Of a DNA stretch of 49,945 nucleotides, positions 1 to 9,348 are shown piece by piece. Under the pieces are notes generated by a model. That model saw nothing but the letters and a program-made list of their open reading frames with translations, searched no databases and was not told the DNA's origin. The first letter of the stretch is position 1. Every line of letters begins with the position of its first letter. This DNA is from a virus: IMG/VR virus record IMGVR_UViG_3300032213_002402. One strand, written 5' to 3'. The translations under genes were made by a program, and so were the position numbers.

Positions 1-5
1 AAGCC

Positions 6-1148
6 ATGGTTTCCGCACTCAGTTCAATCTTTGATGGTCCAGCAAGTGGTGGGGATATTTCAAAAGTAATGAATGCAGTGTTTGACGAGGACATTTCAGT
101 TGCGGACACCATGACCGTACTTGGAGACTTGCTTGAAACAAACCTAAGCGCGTCAGAAACAGAAGCAATCTTTGACAGCGTGTTTGACAGTGACCTTTCC
201 GACGCAGAAACCATTGACCTCATCGTTGATGTGTTGAAAGACGGTCTCACCGCAGACAATCTCGGTGCTGCTCTTGGTGCAGTCTTTGACGAAGCAGTAA
301 GTAATGAGGTTTTGATTGAAACTTTTACCGCTGTTTTGGGTAATGAATTAGATAGTGAATCAGTTGGAATTATCGTGGATGTTCTTGAGTCAGATTCAAT
401 TACAAATGACCAGGTATCACAAGTCGTTGATTTAATCACTGGACAAGAGGGTGGAATTGACCCAGGTCAATCAGCTGAGTTATCTGCAAGCCCTAAGGTG
501 CTAGAGAGTATTACCCCAGATCAAGCTACAGAGGTGTTTGCTGCTTTGGACGTGACAAGCGTAACACCAGAGCAAGAAGCCCAATTGGCTGAAGCCCTTA
601 CTAATGCACCACAAGATATTAAAGAAGCCCTTGAAGAAGAGGTTGATATCTACGGTGAAGGCTTTGATGATTATGTAGCAGTTGGCTCTGAGGTCAACGT
701 AGGAGCTCGTAGAACGCTTATAGCAGCCACTACAGCAGTTGCTGCAATAACGGCTGCCACAGGCGCTGCTGGAGGCTCTGGAGGCTCTTCTGGAGGAGGG
801 AACTCTAACGGTCCTAGCGGTACTAATAACAACGTAGCTAAAAAGAATGAAGAAGAAGAAATGGCTGGGGAGATTGCCGGCCCAGGAGATGATGAAGATA
901 GTAATTTTACAAAAAATAGTATATTTAAATATAAAATCAAGGAGGGTATAGAGATGAGAGAATTTAATTGGTTAGGTTTTGGTAAGAAATTATGGGATAT
1001 AACTGCCGGTCTTGCATTTACATTTGCAGGTAGCGTAGTTGTTTACTATACGCTTTCTGGAACAACCCAAACAATTGCCTTAGCTTCAACCGTAACTGCT
1101 TGTGTGGTACACTACACACATCAGATACTTAAAAATGACGAGGACTAA
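6..1148 (+). CDS. Acidic low-complexity protein with repeated helical segments, Gly/Ser/Asn linker and C-terminal hydrophobic segment; function unknown (start may lie upstream)
   Basis: 380 aa ORF; recurring 'VFD..DIS/L.D.E' segments, then ATGAAGGSGGSSGGGNSNGPSG linker and hydrophobic C-terminal segment. Confidence 0.75.
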   Translation: MVSALSSIFDGPASGGDISKVMNAVFDEDISVADTMTVLGDLLETNLSASETEAIFDSVFDSDLSDAETIDLIVDVLKDGLTADNLGAALGAVFDEAVSNEVLIETFTAVLGNELDSESVGIIVDVLESDSITNDQVSQVVDLITGQEGGIDPGQSAELSASPKVLESITPDQATEVFAALDVTSVTPEQEAQLAEALTNAPQDIKEALEEEVDIYGEGFDDYVAVGSEVNVGARRTLIAATTAVAAITAATGAAGGSGGSSGGGNSNGPSGTNNNVAKKNEEEEMAGEIAGPGDDEDSNFTKNSIFKYKIKEGIEMREFNWLGFGKKLWDITAGLAFTFAGSVVVYYTLSGTTQTIALASTVTACVVHYTHQILKNDED

Positions 1149-1150
1149 TT

Positions 1151-1312
1151 TTGAGCAGATTACTCGCTGATAAACAAGATGATAAGCTAGCTGAGATTAA
1201 AATTTCAGTGGAAAAGTTTTTGTCTGAGATATCTAAAGCGGACAGAAGATTATTTAGCTATCAAGAGATAGAAGATATCTTATTAGACATTTATAATTTA
1301 ACTAAAAAATAA
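1151..1312 (+). CDS. Small protein (53 aa, TTG start)
   Basis: Not in the ORF track; reads LSRLLADKQDDKLAEIKISVEKFLSEISKADRRLFSYQEIEDILLDIYNLTKK*, immediately downstream of the preceding CDS. Confidence 0.45.
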   Translation: MSRLLADKQDDKLAEIKISVEKFLSEISKADRRLFSYQEIEDILLDIYNLTKK

Positions 1313-1415
1313 ATCCAGAATTAAACAGTTTCTTGAAAACGAATTCGGCCTCGAAAATTTTTTTCCAATTTCATCCTATAAGGTGATTTTAAAAAGAATG
1401 TGATATTATCTATAT

Positions 1416-2012
1416 ATGGTCTTAATTAAAAATCCTTCGCATAATTATATTTATGATGGCTATGAAGATGTAATGGTGGAAACAGAAGACGTTAAAAATA
1501 TATATGTTTATGAAAATTTTATTTCTTCAGAAGATCTTTCAAAAATAAATGACTATATTAAATCAAGTACGTTTGCCTCAGATGCAATTCATGAGTTTCC
1601 TTATGAGACATTAAGTTTTATTCCCGATTATAGCATCTTGCTTATAATGGAAAAATATAGAGATATTATTAAAGTTTTATTAGAAGAAAAGTTTGATTGC
1701 AGAGTTAAATTATCTCACATAAGTGATTTAACCAAATATAAAACTGGTGACAATTTAAATGAACACGCAGATAAAGTTTGTGCGTCATGGAGAGATCTGA
1801 GCACCTCATTGTATTATAATGAAGACTATGAAGGTGGAGAATTATACTTTAGCCAATATGATTTAACCTTTAAGCCAAAAGCTGGTATGATGATATACTT
1901 CCCTGCTGGGGCAAACTATCAACACGGAGTTAATTACGTAACTAGCGGAACACGCTACGCTACTACTACTTTTTGGAAAGTAGAAAAATGGAATAGTATT
2001 CAATACTCTTAA
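1416..2012 (+). CDS. 2OG-Fe(II) oxygenase (prolyl-4-hydroxylase-like)
   Basis: HxD as NEHADK; C-terminal YYNEDYEGGELYF...FKPKAGMMIYFPAGANYQHGVNYVTSGTRYATTTFW typical of the fold. Confidence 0.8.
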   Translation: MVLIKNPSHNYIYDGYEDVMVETEDVKNIYVYENFISSEDLSKINDYIKSSTFASDAIHEFPYETLSFIPDYSILLIMEKYRDIIKVLLEEKFDCRVKLSHISDLTKYKTGDNLNEHADKVCASWRDLSTSLYYNEDYEGGELYFSQYDLTFKPKAGMMIYFPAGANYQHGVNYVTSGTRYATTTFWKVEKWNSIQYS

Positions 2013-2014
2013 AT

Positions 2015-2296
2015 CTACTCCTGATCGTCAGGAATTCCATTACCGTTTTTGTCTTCAGCGTTTCTGCCAGTTGAAATCATAAGACCAGCAAGCGTTCCAG
2101 TAATAAAAGTAGCCACTGAAGAAAGAACACCAAAAAACATTTTATCATTTTCTGCCTGAGCACCAATTGGTTGAGTAACAAATACTAAAGCCCAAAGAAC
2201 TCCTGCTGTTGTCATTACGAGAACAAATCCCAACATGCAGCCGATAACAAATTTTAAACGTGCGTCAAGCTCTGCTGGTGTTAATCTTTTTTTCAT
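2015..2296 (-). CDS. Small membrane protein (one or two TM segments)
   Basis: Start at internal MKKRLTPAEL; hydrophobic segments; C-terminal DKNGNGIPDDQE (EF-hand-like loop). Confidence 0.55.
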   Translation of the reverse strand: MKKRLTPAELDARLKFVIGCMLGFVLVMTTAGVLWALVFVTQPIGAQAENDKMFFGVLSSVATFITGTLAGLMISTGRNAEDKNGNGIPDDQE

Positions 2297-2517
2297 GGTA
2301 ATACTGTCTCCTGTACTGGAACGATTTCTATTGTTGTTTCTGTCGGGTCCCAACCAAGTAATGTCTCTGTGCAATTTCCGTCTACGTTACAAATAGGAGG
2401 ACTGCACTCACTTTTGCCCCAGTTTTCTGGGTCTTGGCAAGAGTACCTATATGAACCATTATATCCACAAGAAGTAAGAAGGAAGATAATAAACAGCCCA
2501 AGGTTAATTTGTTTCAT
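2293..2517 (-). CDS. Small putative lipoprotein
   Basis: MKQINLGLFIIFLLTSCGYNG lipobox. Confidence 0.6.
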   Translation of the reverse strand: MKQINLGLFIIFLLTSCGYNGSYRYSCQDPENWGKSECSPPICNVDGNCTETLLGWDPTETTIEIVPVQETVLP

Positions 2518-2776
2518 TTTTGTTTACCTTCACTGGAGCTTTCTTGTCAACTTTATTAAAAACGTCATTTATTTCAGAAAGTGAAAGTTTGCCGTCATCA
2601 AGGAACTCACGAGATAATCCTTCTACAACTATTGCAACCCCTGCAATTCCAGCCATGAAGATAGCCTTGAGTAGTGGAACGCCAGCGATAGCTCCTGCAC
2701 CGATGACACCCAAGCCAGATGCAGCAAAAGTTGCAAGTATTCTAAGAATAACATTTATTAATAAATCCTTTTTCAT
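2504..2776 (-). CDS. Small membrane protein, holin-like
   Basis: 90 aa, Gly/Ala-rich hydrophobic stretches followed by a charged tail. Confidence 0.5.
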   Translation of the reverse strand: MKKDLLINVILRILATFAASGLGVIGAGAIAGVPLLKAIFMAGIAGVAIVVEGLSREFLDDGKLSLSEINDVFNKVDKKAPVKVNKNETN

Positions 2777-2868
2777 ACAATCCCTCCAGATATACCATCG
2801 CTAATAGTAACGATGACATAGAAGTATTTAGTACAAGATCCACAAATGCCTATGGATTAAAGGTTTTT

Positions 2869-3021
2869 CTACTTATTATGAGGCTCAACACCAACGGACT
2901 TTAAAAAATTGTCTTCTTTTTCCCACAAATCTTTAAAGAATAGATCATAGTCAATTGCAGATTCAGGGTCATAGACATATTCTTCTGGTTTTTCGGGGTC
3001 ATAAAAATTTTCAATATTCAT
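2869..3021 (-). CDS. Small acidic protein (50 aa)
   Basis: Read from sequence: MNIENFYDPEKPEEYVYDPESAIDYDLFFKDLWEKEDNFLKSVGVEPHNK*; fills the gap before the ferredoxin. Confidence 0.5.
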   Translation of the reverse strand: MNIENFYDPEKPEEYVYDPESAIDYDLFFKDLWEKEDNFLKSVGVEPHNK

Positions 3022-3031
3022 AGTATATTCC

Positions 3032-3277
3032 TTATGGTTCTATAAAAATGCACTCACCAGGGCATTCCTCGGCGGATTCAATAACATCTTGTAGTCTATC
3101 GTCTGCGAAAGAAGCTAAACCAGCTGCGCCTTCTGGGTTGCCCACAGCGGCCGCATAAATCTTGTCCCCTTCTTTTACATACGCAAGACCATCTGGCATC
3201 ATATGGAATACATCCGGGGCTATCTCTGCGCATAGTCCATCTCCAGTACATAAATCTTGGTCAATCCATACTCTCAT
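3032..3277 (-). CDS. Single-cluster ferredoxin (actinobacterial type)
   Basis: MRVWIDQDLCTGDGLCAEIAPDVF...AEECPGECIFIE; CxxDGxC...CPxEC arrangement. Confidence 0.88.
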   Translation of the reverse strand: MRVWIDQDLCTGDGLCAEIAPDVFHMMPDGLAYVKEGDKIYAAAVGNPEGAAGLASFADDRLQDVIESAEECPGECIFIEP

Positions 3278-3759
3278 TGTTTTATAGTACCTGTGATCTC
3301 ACAAGATCTATTTAATATCTTGCCATCGGCACTTTCTGGGTCTATTCCAGGATATGGGGATGTGTCTCCGAGGGATTTAGTGGATATATCAGCATAGGCT
3401 ATTCCCTTTTCTAATAAAACAAATTGTAGAGCTTTTGTTCTTTTCTCAGAAAGATCGTTTCTATTAACGTTCTGACCATCACTAGACGATCTGCATGTTA
3501 CATTAAGAATTGAATAATATCCAGCTTTATATTTTTCAACATAAGTTGACATACATGCGGTTTCGTCAAAAACTGGTACATCTTTGTCCTTCTGGTAAAA
3601 GACTAAGCATGGTGCATCGGCAACAGTAGCTAGAGTGCTAGTCACTTCAGGTGCGGTATCGCTAATTTTTGCTTGAGGCCAAAAAATGTAAGATAAGATA
3701 GCCAACATCACTGTCATAACCGCTACTCTTACTATGGTTTTTCTAATATTATTTATCAT
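3274..3759 (-). CDS. Membrane-anchored protein with possible OmpA-C-like domain
   Basis: N-terminal TM; NVTCRSSSDGQNVNRNDLSEKRTKALQFVLLEKGI...SLGDTSPYPGIDPESADGKILNRSCEI resembles OmpA-C. Confidence 0.55.
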   Translation of the reverse strand: MINNIRKTIVRVAVMTVMLAILSYIFWPQAKISDTAPEVTSTLATVADAPCLVFYQKDKDVPVFDETACMSTYVEKYKAGYYSILNVTCRSSSDGQNVNRNDLSEKRTKALQFVLLEKGIAYADISTKSLGDTSPYPGIDPESADGKILNRSCEITGTIKQ

Positions 3760-4603
3760 AATTATTCTTTCTTATTTGTTTGTTTAAACGTTGAAAATTT
3801 TTCTTGGCCTTTGTCTCTTTGTTTTTTGCTGCCTTTATATAATGATCATACACATCAGTATACCAATAGGCTATAGCAGATATAACTAATCCAATACTTG
3901 TAGCAGCTAAAGATAGTACAAATTTATCAGAAAGCACTAATGAGCTTTGAGTAAACCTAGCTGCAGTTGATAACATTGTAAGAAGAGAAAATAAAAAAAC
4001 ATTAATACCTAAAGTATCTTTAGCCGTAGATTTTTTATATACTTCAATTTCTTTTAAATTATTAGATTGAGATCTTTTTTTAGATGACATTTTAATAGCA
4101 TAAGATGCACCTAACTGAGAGCAGACAAAAGCGTAAGAGAAAGAAAGAATAATTGCAGAAGCTCTTTCAGCTCTTTCTGCCCACGCGTCAACTCCAAATT
4201 TACCAGCAAATATATCTTTCCATAAGAGGAAGTCAAATACTAAACCAATAATAACCGAAAACCATATTATCTCAGAACCATAATCAGAAACAGAAGCTGC
4301 ATGTGGAGTAAGGTGTTTCTCCGTCTCTTCGCTATCTATTTGCGCCTTTAAATATTCCTTATGGGCCTTATCGTAATCAGATATAATAATTTTATTTTCT
4401 ATAATTTCAGGCGTTTTAGCAGCCTCCAATTCGGAAGCAAGTGACAATGCTCGATTTTTTAAAGATTGATTTTCAATTTCAAGTTCTTTAAATTTTTGAT
4501 CTAATTGTGGTATAAGTTTATTAAAACGTTTTTGGTTACGCTTAGATAGAATACCAGCATCTTCAATTGAAGTTATAACGTTATTATCGGAATTTTGATC
4601 CAT
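3749..4603 (-). CDS. Coiled-coil membrane protein
   Basis: Long coiled coil plus several TM segments. Confidence 0.6.
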   Translation of the reverse strand: MDQNSDNNVITSIEDAGILSKRNQKRFNKLIPQLDQKFKELEIENQSLKNRALSLASELEAAKTPEIIENKIIISDYDKAHKEYLKAQIDSEETEKHLTPHAASVSDYGSEIIWFSVIIGLVFDFLLWKDIFAGKFGVDAWAERAERASAIILSFSYAFVCSQLGASYAIKMSSKKRSQSNNLKEIEVYKKSTAKDTLGINVFLFSLLTMLSTAARFTQSSLVLSDKFVLSLAATSIGLVISAIAYWYTDVYDHYIKAAKNKETKAKKNFQRLNKQIRKNNYDK

Positions 4604-4659
4604 TAGTTATGAGTCCTATTGTATCCACGGTAAGTTCAAAAAACTTATAAAAATAAAAT

Positions 4660-5448
4660 TTAAAGACCTTCGGGGTCAACATAGTACCATCCGCCGTCCC
4701 CATGTCTAGCATAATTTTTGTTATTACTCATCCCTACAAATGTAGTATAAATATCTGGTGCATCTTCGATAGTCTGCGTGTGATTAGCCCATTGATTGCA
4801 ATAGTGCCCAATTAAAGACTTGCGAGTAATGTCCTTATTTATTGGAATAGAGCCCCTGTGCACAAGTCGGCCATGCCAAACCAAAGCATCTCCTCGTTTT
4901 GGAAGAAATGTAACTACTTTAGCATTTCTTTTTTCTATCTCCCCTGCCAACGTATTGCTACAATCTATCATTCGATAGGTTTCGTTCGTAGGGTATAATG
5001 TTTCAAAATCTAAATCCCACAAATGAGAACCTGGCACAAGTTCTAATGGTCCAGAATCAGGATGTATATCTTCCATAGCTATCCAAATAGAAGTATAATT
5101 ATCGCCAACTATTCTTTGCGGTAGTACAGTATCTTGATGCCAGTTCTTTTCAGTAGAACTTTGGTAGTCTAGATTCATATGTAAAGCAACTGCCTTGTCT
5201 ATATCTATAAACAAATCATTAACACTTTTTCCACACAAAATATTAATAACCTCTTCTTGCTCTAAGTAAGAAGTTCTAGATGTTTTCATCATATATCCGT
5301 GATTATCTACACCACCTGAAACTAAACCAGCTTCCACCTTATTAACCCAGTAATCATCGTACGCGTCAAGCTGTTCTTGATTAATAAGCTTTTCTGCTAT
5401 ATAAAAACCATTAGTGTCATAGAAATTCTTTATACTCTGCTGATCCAT
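4660..5448 (-). CDS. Phytanoyl-CoA dioxygenase (PhyH)-like 2OG-Fe(II) oxygenase
   Basis: NWHQDTVLPQR, DSGPLELVPGSHLWDLD, GDALVWHGRLVHRGS. Confidence 0.88.
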   Translation of the reverse strand: MDQQSIKNFYDTNGFYIAEKLINQEQLDAYDDYWVNKVEAGLVSGGVDNHGYMMKTSRTSYLEQEEVINILCGKSVNDLFIDIDKAVALHMNLDYQSSTEKNWHQDTVLPQRIVGDNYTSIWIAMEDIHPDSGPLELVPGSHLWDLDFETLYPTNETYRMIDCSNTLAGEIEKRNAKVVTFLPKRGDALVWHGRLVHRGSIPINKDITRKSLIGHYCNQWANHTQTIEDAPDIYTTFVGMSNNKNYARHGDGGWYYVDPEGL

Positions 5449-5451
5449 AAT

Positions 5452-5871
5452 TTACCTTTTTAGTTTTATTAATTCTTGTGGTATGATCCAAAATTTGCAA
5501 ATTGCGTTAGGTTCTATAATACCAGATACTAACTCGCAACCTTGTCCACCCTTAAAATATACACAATTGCCGCAAATTAAACCTTCATTTTTAAATGGGT
5601 TAAAAGCTGATGGAGTATAATGGGAACCATTAGCTTTAGCGGTCTGATCAAATTTTCCATACTCACTAGCAATCTGTTCTAAGGCATCATAGATAGATCC
5701 TTGACGATCAGTTAATCTATCGTGTGGATCATCCTCATCTTGGGTATCGTCTTCTGGAAGGTCATCTTCCGGGTCTGGTTTAGATTTACCTTCTTTTATA
5801 TTTTTAATTACACTTTTTTGATAGTCGATATCCGAAAGCCAATAATTTTCCATACTGTTATAGTACCACAC
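5452..5871 (-). CDS. Small Cys-rich protein, possibly high-potential iron-sulfur-like
   Basis: C-terminal CGNCVYFKGGQGCELVSGIIEPNAICKFW. Confidence 0.6.
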   Translation of the reverse strand: MWYYNSMENYWLSDIDYQKSVIKNIKEGKSKPDPEDDLPEDDTQDEDDPHDRLTDRQGSIYDALEQIASEYGKFDQTAKANGSHYTPSAFNPFKNEGLICGNCVYFKGGQGCELVSGIIEPNAICKFWIIPQELIKLKR

Positions 5872-6073
5872 TAGCCTTAGCTACGCATCCGCGGCTGCAA
5901 TAAAGAGTATTCTGATGCTCATAGATAATACCCTTGCCTGTTTTTTTACTACACGTAGGACAGATATGAAACGTATCTCTTCCCGTTGCTATATACAACG
6001 TAGCTTTACCCGGTCTATCATCTTGTTTAACATTATTACCCGAATTAACTTTTGCTGGTTTTTTACCGGCCAT
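5858..6073 (-). CDS. Small zinc-finger protein
   Basis: Start taken at MAGKKPAKV; CPTCSKKTGKG...LYCSRGCV. Confidence 0.6.
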   Translation of the reverse strand: MAGKKPAKVNSGNNVKQDDRPGKATLYIATGRDTFHICPTCSKKTGKGIIYEHQNTLYCSRGCVAKASVVL

Positions 6074-6119
6074 ACCCACCTCCTTAGTGTCGAAGGTATA
6101 GTAATGCGCAATAACCCGT

Positions 6120-7514
6120 TTATCGTTTTCTGCGTCTTCTTCCGGCAGCATAGCCAGCACCAAGTCCCAGTGTGGTTGCAAGGGCCCCAAGCCTAAGCGC
6201 CTCTGGACCAGCCTTGTTAAATCTTCCAGCTTTAGATACAAGGTTAGATAAAGCTTTGTCAGCCCTTGAAGATTCAAAAACAGTTTTTGCTACCTTGGTT
6301 GCAGTTTCCTCTGCACCCTCTGCTATAGTTTTTTTATTGGAAGTAACCGCTGCCTTCATGGTAGATCTACCTGCATTCTCTGAAATTTCAAAAACTGCAT
6401 CTTCTGGAAATTCTACAAGACTATCAAAGTAGTCGTTATCATATGCCATAGTTCTAGGGTCATCATATAGCATAGCTTTAGGATCTTCCATGGTGGCTTT
6501 AGGCGTGGGCTTAGCTTGAGTTTGTGCTGTTTTCTGTGGTACTGGTTTACCAGCTTTAAGCGTAGACTGAGTTGGCTTAGTAGCACGTCCTCTTGCAACA
6601 GCTGCTTCTCGGTTTACTTGAGCTTGAGTTTTTGTTTTTGATGCTTCGTCTTTAAATCTTTGTGCTAAGTCTTTTTTGCGATCTTGCATATCGCGGGTAC
6701 TATAAAATATTTCATCGGCAGATGAGGTAAAAAGTTCATAATCTTCCATATCCGAAAGGTGTTGATTCATAGCCTGTACATGGGCTTTATGCAGATCTTG
6801 TAATTTATAATTTTCAGAAACAGCGTCTTCTATTGGACGTATTCCGTTTGGAAGATGTCTATCTATTTCACTTTCCGCTGTTCCAATCATTTGCTCTTTG
6901 AGGTAATCTAACTGTTGTGTAGGTGTAAGATCCGAATCATGCAAAATCCTTAAGTCTATATTTAAATGATCTAAAAAAGAACTATCTAAATCTTTTCCTC
7001 CGTACCCTTTAAAATTTTTTGGCATTCTGCCAGTTTTGCCGTAATATTCCAATAAGTCTATTTGTCTACTATGGTTAAGAAATGTCTCAAATGCTTGATC
7101 AGAAGAATCTACTCCCATTTCTAATGCCATTTGATCAGGAGCATGTCCAGTTTCAGACATCCAATTTTTTCTTAACCTAGATTTTTCCTCCGAACTTAAA
7201 TTGCTATAGGCGTCCCATTCTCCGCCTCTTCCTCCTCTAATCTTTTGTCCACTAATAGTAGTTTGTGTTTTTAAATTTGGAGGAGGTAATATATGACTTA
7301 CGCCAAGACGCTCTAATTCTCCTCTGCGTATTTCTGCTTGCTTTAAAGCTTCTTGTCTAAATCCAGATTTGAATTTACTTAAATCTTTTGTATTAAAAGA
7401 TTGTATGGTTGCTATATCTTTTTGGTGTGATTCTAAAGTACTTATTTCAGCGCGCAACGCTTCAATCTGAAGAGCAAGTCTATCTACTTCTATTGGGTCA
7501 CCTAAAGTTGCCAT
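6120..7514 (-). CDS. Unknown, coiled-coil/charged protein with small C-terminal hydrophobic segment
   Basis: 464 aa intact ORF. Confidence 0.7.
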   Translation of the reverse strand: MATLGDPIEVDRLALQIEALRAEISTLESHQKDIATIQSFNTKDLSKFKSGFRQEALKQAEIRRGELERLGVSHILPPPNLKTQTTISGQKIRGGRGGEWDAYSNLSSEEKSRLRKNWMSETGHAPDQMALEMGVDSSDQAFETFLNHSRQIDLLEYYGKTGRMPKNFKGYGGKDLDSSFLDHLNIDLRILHDSDLTPTQQLDYLKEQMIGTAESEIDRHLPNGIRPIEDAVSENYKLQDLHKAHVQAMNQHLSDMEDYELFTSSADEIFYSTRDMQDRKKDLAQRFKDEASKTKTQAQVNREAAVARGRATKPTQSTLKAGKPVPQKTAQTQAKPTPKATMEDPKAMLYDDPRTMAYDNDYFDSLVEFPEDAVFEISENAGRSTMKAAVTSNKKTIAEGAEETATKVAKTVFESSRADKALSNLVSKAGRFNKAGPEALRLGALATTLGLGAGYAAGRRRRKR

Positions 7515-7528
7515 TTTATTTAACTATC

Positions 7529-8839
7529 CTAAGAGCAGTTTCCATTCCGCTCTATTATTCTTGAAGATGTCCTCTTTGCTGCAGAGCCAAACATTTTTAA
7601 TCCACCTCTTGATAACCTTGTAACTCCTGCTTCCAAAGTTCTTTCTGCTATTTCTGGAGCAGCTGATGCACTAGATTCTATAATAGCTCCAGCTGTAGAA
7701 ATAGATTCTTCTGCCATAGCTGGTAACAAGCTTGGTTTAACCATCCCAGCATGAGCCTCAAATACTTGTTCAGCACCTCTTGAAGAAAAGTTATGACTAA
7801 CAATATCTCCAACGCGCATTGAAATTTTTTCTTCATTAGACAAAGAATGAACCATTGCTCGTCTGTAATCATCTGCTGCATCTACTCCTTTAAAATCTTT
7901 TATTCTAGCTTCTTCGCGTAAAAAAGATTCTCTTAAAAGAGGTCTAACTTTTTCTTCAATTTCTTCTGGTACTTGCAAATTTGAATGATAAGAAGTGTGG
8001 GCAGCCATACGACCAGTTTTTCTAAATTCACCCATCATCTCTTCTACTAAATGCTCTTCACCGGTAGTGGCATGTAAATTTTCGATAATAGACTGAAATT
8101 CACCACTTACCCTCCCCTCATAGCCCTTCCAACGATCAATGCCAGAATAACCAGTAATTTCTCTTATGTCTGCAACTTCGTCATTTACAATATCTTTCAA
8201 TCCTCCTCTGATCATAAAAGATAAGGCTCCACTGTCAGCTCTACCTTCTTCCAATCCAGCTTTTGACATCATATCTATATGAGCACTTAATGCATTGTTA
8301 TAAGATGTAAAATCCCCAGGATTTTTATAAGCTTCTTCAATAGCAGAAACAAGTTTTTGCCAAGGATCGTGATAATCTCTTTTTTGTAATCCAGATTCTG
8401 CGCTAAAAGTATGTGAAATTTCATGGAGTGGCATCATTGCGCTGTATATAGAGTCTGATATTGCATTACTATTTAATATAATAAAATTGTTTGTTTTGTT
8501 TATTTTTCTTCCAACTTTTATTTTTTCAGCTTTAAATAAAGCTCTATACCTTTCATGTAGTTCGCCCCCCAATTCAACCGTATCCGCATACCCGCCATCT
8601 ACTTCTGGTAAACCAAAATCTTTAAGTCTTTCTGGAGAAAAAGCACCTAATATAGTTTTTTCAGCCATCGTTTTACCAGAAATAATTTGTGAAGAACCAC
8701 CAAAATGCACTTTAGTTCCAGGAATATTAGCTTTTTTTATAACACTATTTAAAACTTTTACTGCTTTCATGTCAGTTTCTGCACGCGCACTACTTCCAAC
8801 GTGGATCATGAAATCATTTACTCTTCTGGTAATTCGCAT
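7529..8839 (-). CDS. Putative zinc metallopeptidase-like protein
   Basis: HEISHTFSAE (HExxH) in 436 aa ORF. Confidence 0.5.
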   Translation of the reverse strand: MRITRRVNDFMIHVGSSARAETDMKAVKVLNSVIKKANIPGTKVHFGGSSQIISGKTMAEKTILGAFSPERLKDFGLPEVDGGYADTVELGGELHERYRALFKAEKIKVGRKINKTNNFIILNSNAISDSIYSAMMPLHEISHTFSAESGLQKRDYHDPWQKLVSAIEEAYKNPGDFTSYNNALSAHIDMMSKAGLEEGRADSGALSFMIRGGLKDIVNDEVADIREITGYSGIDRWKGYEGRVSGEFQSIIENLHATTGEEHLVEEMMGEFRKTGRMAAHTSYHSNLQVPEEIEEKVRPLLRESFLREEARIKDFKGVDAADDYRRAMVHSLSNEEKISMRVGDIVSHNFSSRGAEQVFEAHAGMVKPSLLPAMAEESISTAGAIIESSASAAPEIAERTLEAGVTRLSRGGLKMFGSAAKRTSSRIIERNGNCS

Positions 8840-8861
8840 AATCTACATAGTAACCATTACT

Positions 8862-9185
8862 ATGTATAACATGAGAGATCCAATTAGACACGCAGGATTA
8901 CGTGACCCGGGCATTAAGTCCGGTAGAATACCTATGGCTGGCCAATTTCGCCTAAACCAATTTAAAACAGCTACAGTTTCTAAACCTAGAGTTATACAAC
9001 CCCACCTTAGGGAACCTGGTCTTCGTTGGGAAGGGCGATCAAAAGCTCCAATTAAAGGCTTGAAGGGTAAAGAAAACACCATCATAACTCCACAGTCTGT
9101 TTCAGCTAGAGCTCAAGCTAGGGCTAATTTTAGTTTTACTAATCTTAATTTTAATAGAAATCCTAAATATAATCCATATCACTAA
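8862..9185 (+). CDS. Small unknown protein (Pro/Arg-rich)
   Basis: Start taken at MYNMRDPIRHAGLRDPG within the longer track ORF; next small ORF abuts it. Confidence 0.5.
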   Translation: MYNMRDPIRHAGLRDPGIKSGRIPMAGQFRLNQFKTATVSKPRVIQPHLREPGLRWEGRSKAPIKGLKGKENTIITPQSVSARAQARANFSFTNLNFNRNPKYNPYH

Positions 9186-9186
9186 T

Positions 9187-9345
9187 ATGAAAAATGTATT
9201 TAATAGATTAGAAAAAATTGCTGGTAAAATAGTTGGTGTATCTCTAAATTTTTTAATATTTGAATTAATATTACCACGATCACAACAAAGTATAAAAGAT
9301 TTAAATGAAGCTTCCAAGGAAGCTGGTCTAGGAAAAGCGATTTAA
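9187..9345 (+). CDS. Small protein (52 aa)
   Basis: MKNVFNRLEKIAGKIVGVSLNFLIFELILPRSQQSIKDLNEASKEAGLGKAI*, directly upstream of the diiron gene. Confidence 0.5.
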   Translation: MKNVFNRLEKIAGKIVGVSLNFLIFELILPRSQQSIKDLNEASKEAGLGKAI

Positions 9346-9348
9346 ATT

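Noticed and set aside
671-940. Minus-strand ORF of 89 aa opposite the first CDS
   Set aside because: Low-complexity mirror of the Gly/Ser-rich linker of the forward ORF; no independent coding evidence.
8487-8861. N-terminal extension of plus-strand ORF 8487..9185
   Set aside because: Antisense to the well-supported 7529..8839 gene; only the part from MYNMRDPIRH was kept.
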